DNA of 64,000 bases from a virus. Taxonomy: Duplodnaviria; Caudoviricetes. The notes below the pieces were generated by a model. It worked only from the letters and a program-made list of their open reading frames with translations. It searched no databases and was not told the origin of the DNA. Position 1 is the stretch's first letter, and each line of letters begins with the position of its first letter. Location: IMG/VR virus record IMGVR_UViG_3300027708_000013; one strand, 5' to 3'. Shown one piece after another: positions 56,001 through 64,000 of this stretch. The position numbers and the translations under genes are program-made.

Positions 56001-56581
56001 TTGATGATGGCGCCATTGGCCCCTGTAATGCTGGCCTGTAATGCATTTATGTTTGATTGTTGACTGATGGCATTGCTGAATAGCGTGGCTGTGTTATTTT
56101 GCAAAGTATTGACATAAGTTTGCAAAGTGCTGATATTGGTAGTGGCCACACCTAAATTGGCATCCAATCTGGATATTTGTGCATTGGCCGCTGTGACATT
56201 GGCATTGACCGGTGCCAATGTTGTGCTGTTGATGTTGGCAGTGACTTGAGCAACAATAATATTGGAAATATTAGTGGCCAAATTGGCAGATACTTGATTG
56301 TAAACTGTGGTAGTGATGTTGGCCACGGCAGCGTTGGTATAGGTGTTGGCACCAATCAATCCACTGATCACATAACCATAAGGTACAGCACCCGACACAT
56401 CGCTGATGGTGAGTGATATGTTACCGGTTCTGTTTGCAACTGTTTGAACCGGAGTAGTTACCGGAGCACTGCCATTGGCAATGTTGGCAAAATTTAAGTT
56501 TATCTTTGTAAATGCGGTGCGTAGTGGATCACCTGTACCGTCGTCGGCTGTAGATCCGATATTAACATTAGCAAAAGCCAT
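53006..56581 (-). CDS. Long tail fibre-like protein
   Basis: N-term DDGTGDPLRTAFTKINLNF; long A/N/T-rich coiled-coil repeats; GALVV.GG.G repeats; late motif at 56604. Confidence 0.75.
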   Translation of the reverse strand: MAFANVNIGSTADDGTGDPLRTAFTKINLNFANIANGSAPVTTPVQTVANRTGNISLTISDVSGAVPYGYVISGLIGANTYTNAAVANITTTVYNQVSANLATNISNIIVAQVTANINSTTLAPVNANVTAANAQISRLDANLGVATTNISTLQTYVNTLQNNTATLFSNAISQQSNINALQASITGANGAIINANTATTSYVNDQISSVTAAWTANAVAQLAQITAANSAIVTANSSVVAYVNTLNSAMASNVSGANSAIVSANAALKSYTDTQISTANVTLRAYTDSQVYSSNSSMTVYVDARDSAIVSAWTANAAVQAGNLATLFANAGVQSDAIAGANAAIVSANSAVVSYVNTLNVAMSSNIVAANLSISGANAAIVTANTAMKSYVDANAVSQLSQIQGANAAIVTANTALKNYVDQVNAADTQNWQSATGTLTSQVTAANTRIQTLDANVGSFYTYANATYSVSGYSNATVASYLPVYTGNISANHITPSGDPVTGFKPITAGLQSGYSVVPYYLAQFTTNSNSYSQLNIQNISLGNQSTTDYIATANNGSDTTYFVDLGIAGSNYNGLNPNNSLGTVLNINDAYLYAQGNITGGSPGGNLVIGTATPGTNIKFIAGGANTANVAVSIYNPGTAPVNNTTGALVVNGGMGVLGNINVGSYNYSLHTIRGNLLLGLGNALASADSILTLNATTDAPISNNNAILHINGATAVNAVLGIDSFGTATASGISLRHARGTTAVPSAVQLGDRLGFFVVKGYGLSGYNANSGAGLNVYADENFTNSSTGVYATVTTIRNSSNVAVESLRIGSEGNIVIPATTTSANVNSGALVVKGGAGVAGNITIGGNVIAPNYLFANGVNILTTIAAGSGTYSNTNVSAYLTTATISTTANITAGNLIGAHYGNAIGTTATYTGNVTVNGVTSLTGNLAVDAGQVTIYDSILDLHTYGNLAAWAVDDGKDVGLRMHYYNGVDSLAFLGLENSTRTLQYLISATETNSNVTGTFGNAQLGSLVLSNTTVGTGTTIGTAGALYVAGGAGVAGNLAVGGNLNVNANTYHTGTTTLVGNTFQQGSYYETYSNVSNTGGNLTLNFINGGVYYATLTANVTANIVNISNTAFTTAGFTVIVDQGATPYRIANIQFAGGTVSNIRWAGATVPTGTASNTDVISISLINLNNGSYRILGQQSNYA

Positions 56582-56638
56582 AGAAATCTGTCCTCGTATG
56601 CTGTATTTAGCATATTCAACTAGATCTGTTTACAGGAG

Positions 56639-56965
56639 TTAAAAGGGATTGAAGCTGGAACCGCAACCACAAGTGGTTTGTGCTTGGGGATTGTCAATGC
56701 TGAATGTGGCGCCCATGATGTCATCTCGAAAGTCTATTCTGGCACCTTGTAAATACTGCCCGCTCATGCTGTCTACCAACACAGTGACGCCATTTACATC
56801 CAAGCTCCAGTCATCTTCGCCTACTGCTTCATCCAGGGTGAACCCATAACTCATGCCTGAACAGCCACCACCTTGTACAAACACACGCAGTTTTAATCCA
56901 GGAGTATTTTCTTCGGCCAGTATTTCGCGAATTCTTACTTCGGCTGCTGGGGTAATGGTTATCAT
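56639..56965 (-). CDS. Fe-S cluster carrier, IscA/ErpA (HesB) family
   Basis: [15 protein letters not shown] and CGCGSSF. Confidence 0.92.
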   Translation of the reverse strand: MITITPAAEVRIREILAEENTPGLKLRVFVQGGGCSGMSYGFTLDEAVGEDDWSLDVNGVTVLVDSMSGQYLQGARIDFRDDIMGATFSIDNPQAQTTCGCGSSFNPF

Positions 56966-58080
56966 GTTAAAGATCTTTCTAATTCTGTTAGTATACCAAA
57001 TTGTTGTTGAATTACATCAGATGATAATTTTCTATGTTTGACGATTTGCTTCATTTTAGTAACAAATTCATTTCGTAACAATGTATTATATTGAGTACTT
57101 ATTATAGTTTGACCCAACTCAGCTACGAATTTTTTTTGAGTGTTAGTAATGACATATTGATTTATCTGTTGTGTTAGTAGTTCAACTATACTGTGTTTTT
57201 CTTGTTCATTCAATATAAACCAAGATAACCAACTTGGCCCCACTAGGTTAGTTATTCTAGTTTTTATTTTATATCGATTTAGATATTCCAGTGTGGGTAC
57301 AAGATTTTGTATATTTAAAGTTTGAACAACGTAATTAAAATTAGTACGTGATGGTCGTAATTCTTTTAATAATACTTTTACATTTGATTCAAATGTGTGC
57401 CATTTTGCAGGATACCGCATAAACTCGTAACTTGAGCCTATGCCGTCCGCACTGATTTGTAATTCTAGTTTGGATATTTTTTTTAATTTTTCAATATGCG
57501 AGGACAAAATAACAGTGCTGTTGGTGACTACTCGAAATGGAATATTTTTTTCAATAACAAAATCCATAATTTTTAAATTTCCTTTTGTTAGAAAAAATTC
57601 GCCTCCTATTACACTGATTGATTCTATATTATCTGCTGATTTGAGTATATCAATACAATCTTCGGCAATATTAAATTCTTTGATGCTATCAAACCCAATT
57701 TTTTCAATAGCATATCTTTCTTGTGCCAATGCTGTACTGGAATTTGGGCCGCACATAAAACATTTTAAATTGCAAACATTTGAAGGAAAAAGTTCAAATC
57801 GTGTTCCGTAATCTTTAGTTGTATCAGGCCACATTATATTAGCATAATTGCGTAAACTAGTTTGATTTTGTTCTTCCTGTTGTTTGCAACTGATGCATCC
57901 TGCAGGCCATTCTGTTGCTTTCTTTAAATTTTGTAATTCTAGGCTAGAATGATATTCTTCCAAGGTTGGGTATATATTGTTTGTTTTGTAAACACAGCAG
58001 GGAAGAATTTTGATACCAGACAAAACATTACCTTCCACTCGGACAGTGTGATGAATAGACGAGCAATAAAAATTAGTCAT
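56962..58080 (-). CDS. Radical SAM protein with N-terminal twitch-like Cys cluster (AT-rich)
   Basis: LPCC..C..C; [11 protein letters not shown]; GGE; VTNS; SADG..YEFMRY. Confidence 0.85.
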   Translation of the reverse strand: MTNFYCSSIHHTVRVEGNVLSGIKILPCCVYKTNNIYPTLEEYHSSLELQNLKKATEWPAGCISCKQQEEQNQTSLRNYANIMWPDTTKDYGTRFELFPSNVCNLKCFMCGPNSSTALAQERYAIEKIGFDSIKEFNIAEDCIDILKSADNIESISVIGGEFFLTKGNLKIMDFVIEKNIPFRVVTNSTVILSSHIEKLKKISKLELQISADGIGSSYEFMRYPAKWHTFESNVKVLLKELRPSRTNFNYVVQTLNIQNLVPTLEYLNRYKIKTRITNLVGPSWLSWFILNEQEKHSIVELLTQQINQYVITNTQKKFVAELGQTIISTQYNTLLRNEFVTKMKQIVKHRKLSSDVIQQQFGILTELERSLT

Positions 58081-58109
58081 ATTATGATTGTTTTTTTACA
58101 GTGACTATG

Positions 58110-58655
58110 TTATAGTCTATGGTTCACCACAGTCCAGTCGATGATTCGCCAGATGTTGTTGAGATATTTGCTTTTGTTTGATCCGTAATCAGGTTGGTAA
58201 GCATGCTCCCACATGTCCACCAATACTGCTATGTCAGTTCTTTTTGCGTGGTTGCGTATGGTTCTAATCTTGCCGTTTTTACTAAGATAGCACCAGCCTG
58301 AACCCTGTATCTTCATAGCTTCGGTTTTGAATTCCTGTTTGAACGATATATAGTTATCAAAGTGACGATCAATCAAATCCAACACACGACCAAAAGGTCG
58401 ATTGCTGCCGGGAGATTTAAATTGGCTGAACCAAATATCATGTAGAAAAGCTCCGGCTTCGTTGAAACTTCTATCACCTTCATGATTGTTGAATCTTTCC
58501 ACATATCCGTGATACAGTTTACCGTAATGAATGTCGATGTTTCGCTTGGTCAACACTGGAGCAAGATCTCCAACACCGTAGGGTAATTTTACTTGTTTGA
58601 GCACTACCGGAGCAGTGGCTTCTAATAGGTCAATAGTTTCGCGAATTGTGTTCAT
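58110..58655 (-). CDS. sod: Fe/Mn superoxide dismutase
   Basis: IHYGKLYHGY, FLHDIWF, IQGSGW, VDMWEHAY; ATG 58655. Confidence 0.9.
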   Translation of the reverse strand: MNTIRETIDLLEATAPVVLKQVKLPYGVGDLAPVLTKRNIDIHYGKLYHGYVERFNNHEGDRSFNEAGAFLHDIWFSQFKSPGSNRPFGRVLDLIDRHFDNYISFKQEFKTEAMKIQGSGWCYLSKNGKIRTIRNHAKRTDIAVLVDMWEHAYQPDYGSNKSKYLNNIWRIIDWTVVNHRL

Positions 58656-58659
58656 ATAG

Positions 58660-58666
58660 TATTTAT
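58660..58666 (-). promoter_or_regulatory. Late-type promoter ATAAATA 4 nt upstream of the sod ATG
   Basis: AATAAATACTATATG. Confidence 0.6.
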
Positions 58667-58675
58667 TGCCATTGG

Positions 58676-59005
58676 TTAAGTATCCGGCCAATCTCTATAC
58701 AGTGCATGTTGTATATTACCTTTAACAAACTGGTTGAAACTACGATGTTTATCTTCAAGTTCACCTTCCAACGGTGCTACTCTCTTGAAAGCATTTTCCA
58801 ATTGAGCCATATCTGTAAACTCCATCATAATATGCCATTCTGGTAAATCTTGTATACTACGAAATCCCATTTTACAACGTGTAATCCTATAACTAACCAT
58901 TTTATTTTCTATAATTAAATGATTAAGAAATCCCTTCATATTATTGACCCAAACAGTGTCGGTAATATCGCCTTCTTTGTCTGCCCAAATATGATATATA
59001 TCCAT
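58676..59005 (-). CDS. DUF6614-like dimeric alpha-beta barrel hypothetical protein
   Basis: MDIYHIW...YRITRCKMGF...EWHIMMEF..MAQL..AF. Confidence 0.5.
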   Translation of the reverse strand: MDIYHIWADKEGDITDTVWVNNMKGFLNHLIIENKMVSYRITRCKMGFRSIQDLPEWHIMMEFTDMAQLENAFKRVAPLEGELEDKHRSFNQFVKGNIQHALYRDWPDT

Positions 59006-60162
59006 TATCTTCTCTCTGGAAAGTAATCTTTTAATGTACCTTCTCTGTGTATATCGCTGGTAATACAATGAAGTCCACCGTCCCAAAAATATCTATGTCT
59101 AAAATTAAGCACATGCGGGGTTATTCCGTGTCGCTCAAACGCATCAAATACATTTTTGTTATAATTATTACATATTACATTGTTTTCATCGATGACTAAC
59201 ATGTTTACATCAAATACAGTTTCTTCTACATAACCAACCCAATGATGTAACCATGATTCTACAAAATTAGTAAAATCATCATTTAATTCTTCCCCTGGTA
59301 CCCACCACTTGCCTCGATTTTTCCCCTTTAATCTTAAAAATGCACCAACTTTGCCCCAACTTTGCCCGGGTAAGTAGACAACTTCCCATCCAGGAAAAGT
59401 ATCGGCATAAGTTGGTATATCTTTAAGACTTACGATTAGTCCCGGTTTTACTGGGCAGTAAGTGCCATCGGAGTGTCCTCCAGTATTAATGATATGACAT
59501 CGATAGTCGGAGAACATATTGGTATATATATCTTTGTTAATATTTTGGTTTGTTATTTTGGTACCCGAGTCAGTACCAAAATATAAATCTTTCCCTATCC
59601 TGGTGATCATTGCTGAATTTATACCTGGTTGATTTTCAATAACTAAATTTGTGCTTTTAATTTTTTCAATTATATCTTTCCATGCATGCATCTCACGTGG
59701 GAGATATTTAAAATTCCTATTAAACATTAATAATTCTTGCTTAATAGTGTCGGGTAACAAATTAAATTCTTTATCTGACGTGCGAGGATTATTTGGCCAA
59801 TCTGCTCCTTTCCACTGATTCCACGAATCTAAGAAAAGTGTATTTGACGTATTATCTATTATATAAAATGTCGACCCAATCATTGCTGAATAATCACGAG
59901 GTGTCATTGGAGGAGGCATAATTTTTCCATCTTCCCCTAGATAGTCTACGTAGTTGTCAGAGACTGATGGTCTCCATACTTCAACTCCAAACAATTCAAG
60001 TAAAGTAATTAATTTTTGAAAATCTTCTTCGGTTTCTTGAGCAATTCTTTCCATTACTGTGCGTACACGATTGTTAGTAATAAATTTATAAAACTCAGGC
60101 CTATAGGTGCGTCCAACTAAACAAACCTTTAATGGATCCCAATGTTGATATACATTATACAT
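59005..60162 (-). CDS. Amidinotransferase (glycine/inosamine-phosphate amidinotransferase-like)
   Basis: WDPLK..LVG, PRD, HSDG, DVN.L, GGLHCIT (catalytic Cys). Confidence 0.85.
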   Translation of the reverse strand: MYNVYQHWDPLKVCLVGRTYRPEFYKFITNNRVRTVMERIAQETEEDFQKLITLLELFGVEVWRPSVSDNYVDYLGEDGKIMPPPMTPRDYSAMIGSTFYIIDNTSNTLFLDSWNQWKGADWPNNPRTSDKEFNLLPDTIKQELLMFNRNFKYLPREMHAWKDIIEKIKSTNLVIENQPGINSAMITRIGKDLYFGTDSGTKITNQNINKDIYTNMFSDYRCHIINTGGHSDGTYCPVKPGLIVSLKDIPTYADTFPGWEVVYLPGQSWGKVGAFLRLKGKNRGKWWVPGEELNDDFTNFVESWLHHWVGYVEETVFDVNMLVIDENNVICNNYNKNVFDAFERHGITPHVLNFRHRYFWDGGLHCITSDIHREGTLKDYFPERR

Positions 60163-60587
60163 TATGCTGGTCCTAATATTTCGAATCCTGTTATTTCTGT
60201 TTTATATTCATCAGCTCCGCCAAGATACAAATAACTATAACCTAAAGATTTGTACAAGGCGCATTCATGTTTCATAGTTTCTATTCCAAGTCTTATTTTT
60301 GGATCAGCATAGTCCCAAGCAAATTGAACACATTCAGCATTATCTTGGTCGTATTTGCGTACAAGGCTAAATGCCACCAATGCATCATTTATATAGTACC
60401 CAAGTATATCTGTGTTGCTGTCTAAATACTGACTATCAAATATAGGCATGACACTTTTAAACTTTTTGTAACGACAATATTTTAAGTATATAATGTTTAA
60501 TTTATCGATATTGGGATCTGTAATATACTTCCAATTATCCAGTTGTTTGTAATTGGTTTTAAATAGATCAATTCTAGCGTATTTCAT
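60162..60587 (-). CDS. GNAT-fold protein resembling the C-terminal half of aminoacyl-tRNA-protein transferases (ATE/Bpt)
   Basis: LGYY....LVAFS, LG...E...K..GY.YLYLG...YK. Confidence 0.5.
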   Translation of the reverse strand: MKYARIDLFKTNYKQLDNWKYITDPNIDKLNIIYLKYCRYKKFKSVMPIFDSQYLDSNTDILGYYINDALVAFSLVRKYDQDNAECVQFAWDYADPKIRLGIETMKHECALYKSLGYSYLYLGGADEYKTEITGFEILGPA

Positions 60588-61083
60588 TGGGTCTCCAATT
60601 TACTACATAATCTAAATTTTCTTTTGACCATGTATGATAATACCCTTTTTCTTTTAGTTGATGTGAGGCTGTATTTAATTTATTTAAGTTTTGTACCAGC
60701 AATAACCCGCACAGGCCAAAATTCATTTTTACATTGTTAACGAATTCTAGTGAATCTGGGTGATCTTCTAATACCACAATATCTTTTTTCATCAAGGCTT
60801 GGTTTATACCATCTACAATAATAGCAAGGGAATCGGTTGCAATTTCATAATGATCAAAGCAGAAAATTATAACATCTTTGTTATTTAATAAATCTATGTT
60901 ATCAACTATGTCAAACAATAAATCCTTTGCTTGACTAAATTTAATTTCTATTTTTTTATTGATTCTGGCTTGTCGTGCATAAGGACACGGGGCCCACTCT
61001 CCCAATGCAGAATTAGGCACTTCTACAAATTCTTGTAGCCAATGGTTTAATTTTTCTGTAATTAATTGATTATCCAATGGCAT
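60574..61083 (-). CDS. DUF1415-like hypothetical protein
   Basis: WL..FVE.P......PCPYA..A; DHP. Confidence 0.45.
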   Translation of the reverse strand: MPLDNQLITEKLNHWLQEFVEVPNSALGEWAPCPYARQARINKKIEIKFSQAKDLLFDIVDNIDLLNNKDVIIFCFDHYEIATDSLAIIVDGINQALMKKDIVVLEDHPDSLEFVNNVKMNFGLCGLLLVQNLNKLNTASHQLKEKGYYHTWSKENLDYVVNWRPNEIR

Positions 61084-61112
61084 ATTAAACTGTTTTAATT
61101 TAATAATTCTTT

Positions 61113-61331
61113 TTATTTGGTTCTGTAAACAATACGGCCGCGATTTAAATCGTACGGACTCATTTCTACATCAACACCATCACCTAATAATATGCGTATA
61201 TTATTTTGTCTAAGCCTGCCACCTATAGTGGCCAATACAGTGTGATTGTTTTCTAACACTACTCTAAACATGGCATTGGGCAGTACTTCTTCCACTCTAC
61301 CAGTCATTTTGATAATATCTTCTTTTGACAT
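61113..61331 (-). CDS. infA: Translation initiation factor IF-1
   Basis: [21 protein letters not shown]...G.LR.N.IRIL.GD.V.VE.SPYDL.RGRI.YR. Confidence 0.95.
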   Translation of the reverse strand: MSKEDIIKMTGRVEEVLPNAMFRVVLENNHTVLATIGGRLRQNNIRILLGDGVDVEMSPYDLNRGRIVYRTK

Positions 61332-61334
61332 GCG

Positions 61335-61535
61335 TTAGTGTAGCTCTACCTGACGCATTCGATCTGTCTCGACATTTTGTAACAGAACTCGATTTCCCTG
61401 TGCCAGTTCTTGTTCAAAAAAACTAGCCAACCCAATGCTTCTGCGTATCACCTCGGCTACATCGGTACCACGAGTCTTTGCCAATTTGGTCACAGTGTCG
61501 CTGAGTTCTTCACTCAATTCCAATTTAATTTTCAT
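61335..61535 (-). CDS. Ribbon-helix-helix (CopG-like) DNA-binding protein
   Basis: IKLELSEEL...V..LA..RG...AEVIRR. Confidence 0.55.
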   Translation of the reverse strand: MKIKLELSEELSDTVTKLAKTRGTDVAEVIRRSIGLASFFEQELAQGNRVLLQNVETDRMRQVELH

Positions 61536-61543
61536 GCTTGCTT

Positions 61544-61936
61544 TTATCCTCGTCTCATCTTACTTATGTCAATTGCCTCTTCTTGACTAAAAACAGGAAC
61601 GCCATTGCTTTTGTGCAGTGTGGATATTCCCAGAACTTTTGATCCGGTATAGGTTTGATCTGACTTTTTGGTACAGGCTGTCCATCCTGTGTCTCTACTG
61701 GCAATGTAAGGAGTTTCTCTGCCGGGAGGAATCTTGGGACCACTGGTTAAAACTCCTGAGGTCATGGCACGTTGACGTCGACGTGCTTGATCTGCGATGC
61801 CCTGTTGTTTTAGGAAAGCCTGCCAGTCTCGGTCACGCTGTTCTGCTTCACGTTTTTGTTCGGCACTGGCCCATTTGCGTGGACCTTTTTTCCTACCGGT
61901 GGTTGTGAGTGCTGGGTGTGCTAGGTGCATGGTCAT
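61544..61936 (-). CDS. Basic hypothetical protein
   Basis: ATG 61936, 6 nt after a -10 box; ends LHKSN.VPVF. Confidence 0.65.
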   Translation of the reverse strand: MTMHLAHPALTTTGRKKGPRKWASAEQKREAEQRDRDWQAFLKQQGIADQARRRQRAMTSGVLTSGPKIPPGRETPYIASRDTGWTACTKKSDQTYTGSKVLGISTLHKSNGVPVFSQEEAIDISKMRRG

Positions 61937-61942
61937 AAGTGT

Positions 61943-61971
61943 AGTATAGTTGAAGTTGAATAAAAAGTCAA
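61943..61971 (-). promoter_or_regulatory. Sigma70 promoter TTGACT-N17-TATACT (probably leaderless)
   Basis: Direct read. Confidence 0.7.
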
Positions 61972-62330
61972 GTTGTTTTTTCAGCAATCTTGACTGGTTG
62001 AAAATCTGGTCCCATGAACAAGATTTGTTGATCTTCTATCAGGAATACGTGTCGTTGCCAACGCATGCACAACACCGTTCGTATTTCTTCCAGTGTGCGT
62101 CCCTGTGCAATAAATGTATTGTCACTGGTATCGTACCAAAAATAAACACCATCCAAGTGCTCAACAGTGACAGCATGCACATGGTCTTGAATCTTTTTTA
62201 TTGCATCACTGTCTTGCTGAATTGAGTCAACCAATTTCACATGTACAAAAGTGGCTAAAATGCGAAACATAACATACCAAACTGCCACCTTCAATAGAAA
62301 CACTACAAATTCTTGTAAAAAGTCCAGCAT
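61968..62330 (-). CDS. Membrane-anchored hypothetical protein
   Basis: N-terminal hydrophobic helix. Confidence 0.6.
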   Translation of the reverse strand: MLDFLQEFVVFLLKVAVWYVMFRILATFVHVKLVDSIQQDSDAIKKIQDHVHAVTVEHLDGVYFWYDTSDNTFIAQGRTLEEIRTVLCMRWQRHVFLIEDQQILFMGPDFQPVKIAEKTT

Positions 62331-62358
62331 ACCATCCTTTTAATTGTTGTTAATAGTA

Positions 62359-62387
62359 ATTATACAAGATTGTGATTTTTTGGTCAA
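62359..62387 (-). promoter_or_regulatory. Sigma70 promoter TTGACC-N17-TATAAT
   Basis: Direct read. Confidence 0.75.
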
Positions 62388-63221
62388 CTAAATGTCAAAT
62401 CCCACAGTGGCATCAAAGGCATCGGCCACTGCTTCGTACCCAAAATAACCACGTGGGTTGCATAGAACTCGAGTAGTGCCAATCATGTAATCAAATGGAT
62501 CATGAGTATGCCCATGTGTCCAAAATTGAATCTGTGGATGACTGATGATAAAATCATCTAAATTACTGCTGTATCCACCATTCATCAAGGTGTCATGTTG
62601 ATACACAGGATGTGTGCTGAGTCTGCTGGGTGCATGGTGTGTGGCCACTACATACTTTTTATCAGGATTGTTTTCCACCACAGCACGAATGTATTCAAGA
62701 CTTTTTCTATGTTGACGTGCAGTGTATTCTGGTGTCAGTTTGTGATAGATATTGCGAACCGGATCCAGCATGGTGATGGCTCGGTAGTCACTCATGTTGA
62801 ATCGCAGATGATGTTCAGTCATGGGGTCACCGCTGTTGCAGTCGGTCCATAGTGTAGCACCCACAAAAGTCACATCGTCAATGGTGCGGCTTTCATTCTC
62901 CAATAAATGCACATTGTCGGGCAACTGATCTAAGATATGGGCTCCAGTTTTGTGAAACTGCATACGATAATGCTCGTGATTGCCCATGATGTAGATCACT
63001 TCTCTATACTTGCGGCTACACTCCTCTTCAATGAATCTATAGAATCTGTCGGGTCTGCGATCAGCACGTTCGTCAGGCATCATGACCATGTTGGGATCGT
63101 ACATATCACGTTTCAAGTTCTTGGCTTCCAAGATATCGCCACCCAGTATCAGCACATCGCCACCAGGCAATGTCAAATCACTGAACTCTAAATGCAGATC
63201 TGAAATTTGTGTCACACGCAT
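62388..63221 (-). CDS. Calcineurin-like metallophosphoesterase
   Basis: SDLH, GD, GNHE, HH.P, GHTH, NPRGY. Confidence 0.9.
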   Translation of the reverse strand: MRVTQISDLHLEFSDLTLPGGDVLILGGDILEAKNLKRDMYDPNMVMMPDERADRRPDRFYRFIEEECSRKYREVIYIMGNHEHYRMQFHKTGAHILDQLPDNVHLLENESRTIDDVTFVGATLWTDCNSGDPMTEHHLRFNMSDYRAITMLDPVRNIYHKLTPEYTARQHRKSLEYIRAVVENNPDKKYVVATHHAPSRLSTHPVYQHDTLMNGGYSSNLDDFIISHPQIQFWTHGHTHDPFDYMIGTTRVLCNPRGYFGYEAVADAFDATVGFDI

Positions 63222-63224
63222 AAG

Positions 63225-63875
63225 TTAATCCCAAAGTGCTTGGAAATACAGTCCAAACAGTCTAAATCCATTTTGTTTACGTTGTTGATGTGCAGTTAAT
63301 CCTGCATGATCGACTTTTAATTTTTTCATACTTTCGTTGAAGTCTTTGACGCCGTTGCTCTCACTGTGGTCAAAGAATTCGCTTTCGTCATCATCTCGCA
63401 ACAGTTGTTCAAACGACCAAATCATTTCGTTGAGAACCCAGTCCCATCTGGCATGCCAAAGGCTGTCAGTGTCCCATTCATTTTCTTTGGCATCGGCATT
63501 GACGGACTTCAAAGCATCGGGCACATCCGCATCATCCACGTTGGGTGAGCCATGCTTGGTGTCACGTAACTGCTTCAACATGGGATGGATTATGTGTGCC
63601 AGAGTCGAATCCATGCTCCAGGTGTCGTACCTGTCAATTTTCACATAACGAATAGTTGGATTGATTACCTTACGGACTTTCTGTAATGCTTCACAGACGG
63701 GTGCTAAACGATTCGCCCATGGTTCAACCCAAGCAGGTCTGTCAATGAAATCTTGATCTTCCACAATGCCCTTATCTCTATGGCATCGGCTCCAATCAGT
63801 CCAGAAGAAGGCATAATCTATAACTGTATAAGGGCTCAACCAGTGGTTGGGATACCCATTCATGTACACTTTCAT
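63225..63875 (-). CDS. Hypothetical protein
   Basis: 216-aa ORF; IDRYDTWSMD.TLA.II.PML.QL. Confidence 0.7.
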   Translation of the reverse strand: MKVYMNGYPNHWLSPYTVIDYAFFWTDWSRCHRDKGIVEDQDFIDRPAWVEPWANRLAPVCEALQKVRKVINPTIRYVKIDRYDTWSMDSTLAHIIHPMLKQLRDTKHGSPNVDDADVPDALKSVNADAKENEWDTDSLWHARWDWVLNEMIWSFEQLLRDDDESEFFDHSESNGVKDFNESMKKLKVDHAGLTAHQQRKQNGFRLFGLYFQALWD

Positions 63876-64000
63876 TTTGTTTTATGCTCTTTCAAACGAT
63901 CTTCAAATTCCAATGCACTGGCTCTGATTTGAATCAATTGGTACAGGGCAAACGCCATTAACAATAACCCCAATGCCACCACCGCATCCGCAGAAGTGGG
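63872..64000 (-). CDS. Partial membrane hypothetical protein (5' end outside window)
   Basis: ...ADAVVALGLLLMAFALYQLIQIR...KTK* with ATGA overlap. Confidence 0.5.
   Translation of the reverse strand, partial: PTSADAVVALGLLLMAFALYQLIQIRASALEFEDRLKEHKTK

Noticed and set aside
46712-56581. Diversity-generating retroelement acting on fibre tips
   Set aside because: No reverse transcriptase and no adenine-specific template/variable repeat pair was seen; the internal repeats differ at synonymous positions.
1138-63648. Numerous plus-strand and nested ORFs in the track (e.g. 8284-8838, 10468-10878, 25859-26257, 29346-29813, 39797-40276)
   Set aside because: They are antisense shadows of well-supported minus-strand genes, with no RBS or recognisable motifs.
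1-64000. Alternative genetic code (stop-codon reassignment)
   Set aside because: Conserved genes are full-length in code 11, and TAG, TGA and TAA all terminate genes at expected ends.
1-64000. tRNA, rRNA, integrase or transposase genes
   Set aside because: No cloverleaf with T-loop/CCA in the short intergenic gaps, and no recombinase or transposase motifs were recognised by eye; a tRNAscan/Aragorn run would confirm.

Overview
A 64 kb segment of a large T4-like (myovirus-type) dsDNA phage genome. Genes are densely packed and almost all lie on the minus strand; only two clear genes (40347-41805) are on +. In coordinate order it contains: (i) an ~11 kb overlapping operon running from the sliding clamp through a TGT-fold DpdA-like enzyme, a QueD-like protein, a GT-B glycosyltransferase, GalE, radical SAM, acetyltransferase, dioxygenase and DegT aminotransferase (candidate 7-deazaguanine/glycosyl DNA hypermodification locus); (ii) a family B DNA polymerase; (iii) a ~13 kb late-promoter-driven block (15475-28828) of modular proteins with short N-terminal leaders ending in Glu and modules joined by a G-V-x-E linker encoded by a near-invariant 12-bp repeat; (iv) ClpA, DnaJ, a lysis cassette, TctC, PhoH, clamp loader, GroES and a DnaE fragment; (v) baseplate/fibre genes; (vi) IscA, radical SAM, SOD, amidinotransferase, IF-1 and a phosphoesterase. 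Sigma70-type promoters and a recurrent T4-late-like TAAATA motif are visible. The best candidate for an undescribed system is the GVxE cassette polyprotein array. My inference is that these are capsid-targeted, protease-processed cargo polyproteins diversified by recombination at the linker repeat. No tRNA, rRNA or CRISPR array was found. All family assignments come from motif recognition by eye; no database search was run.
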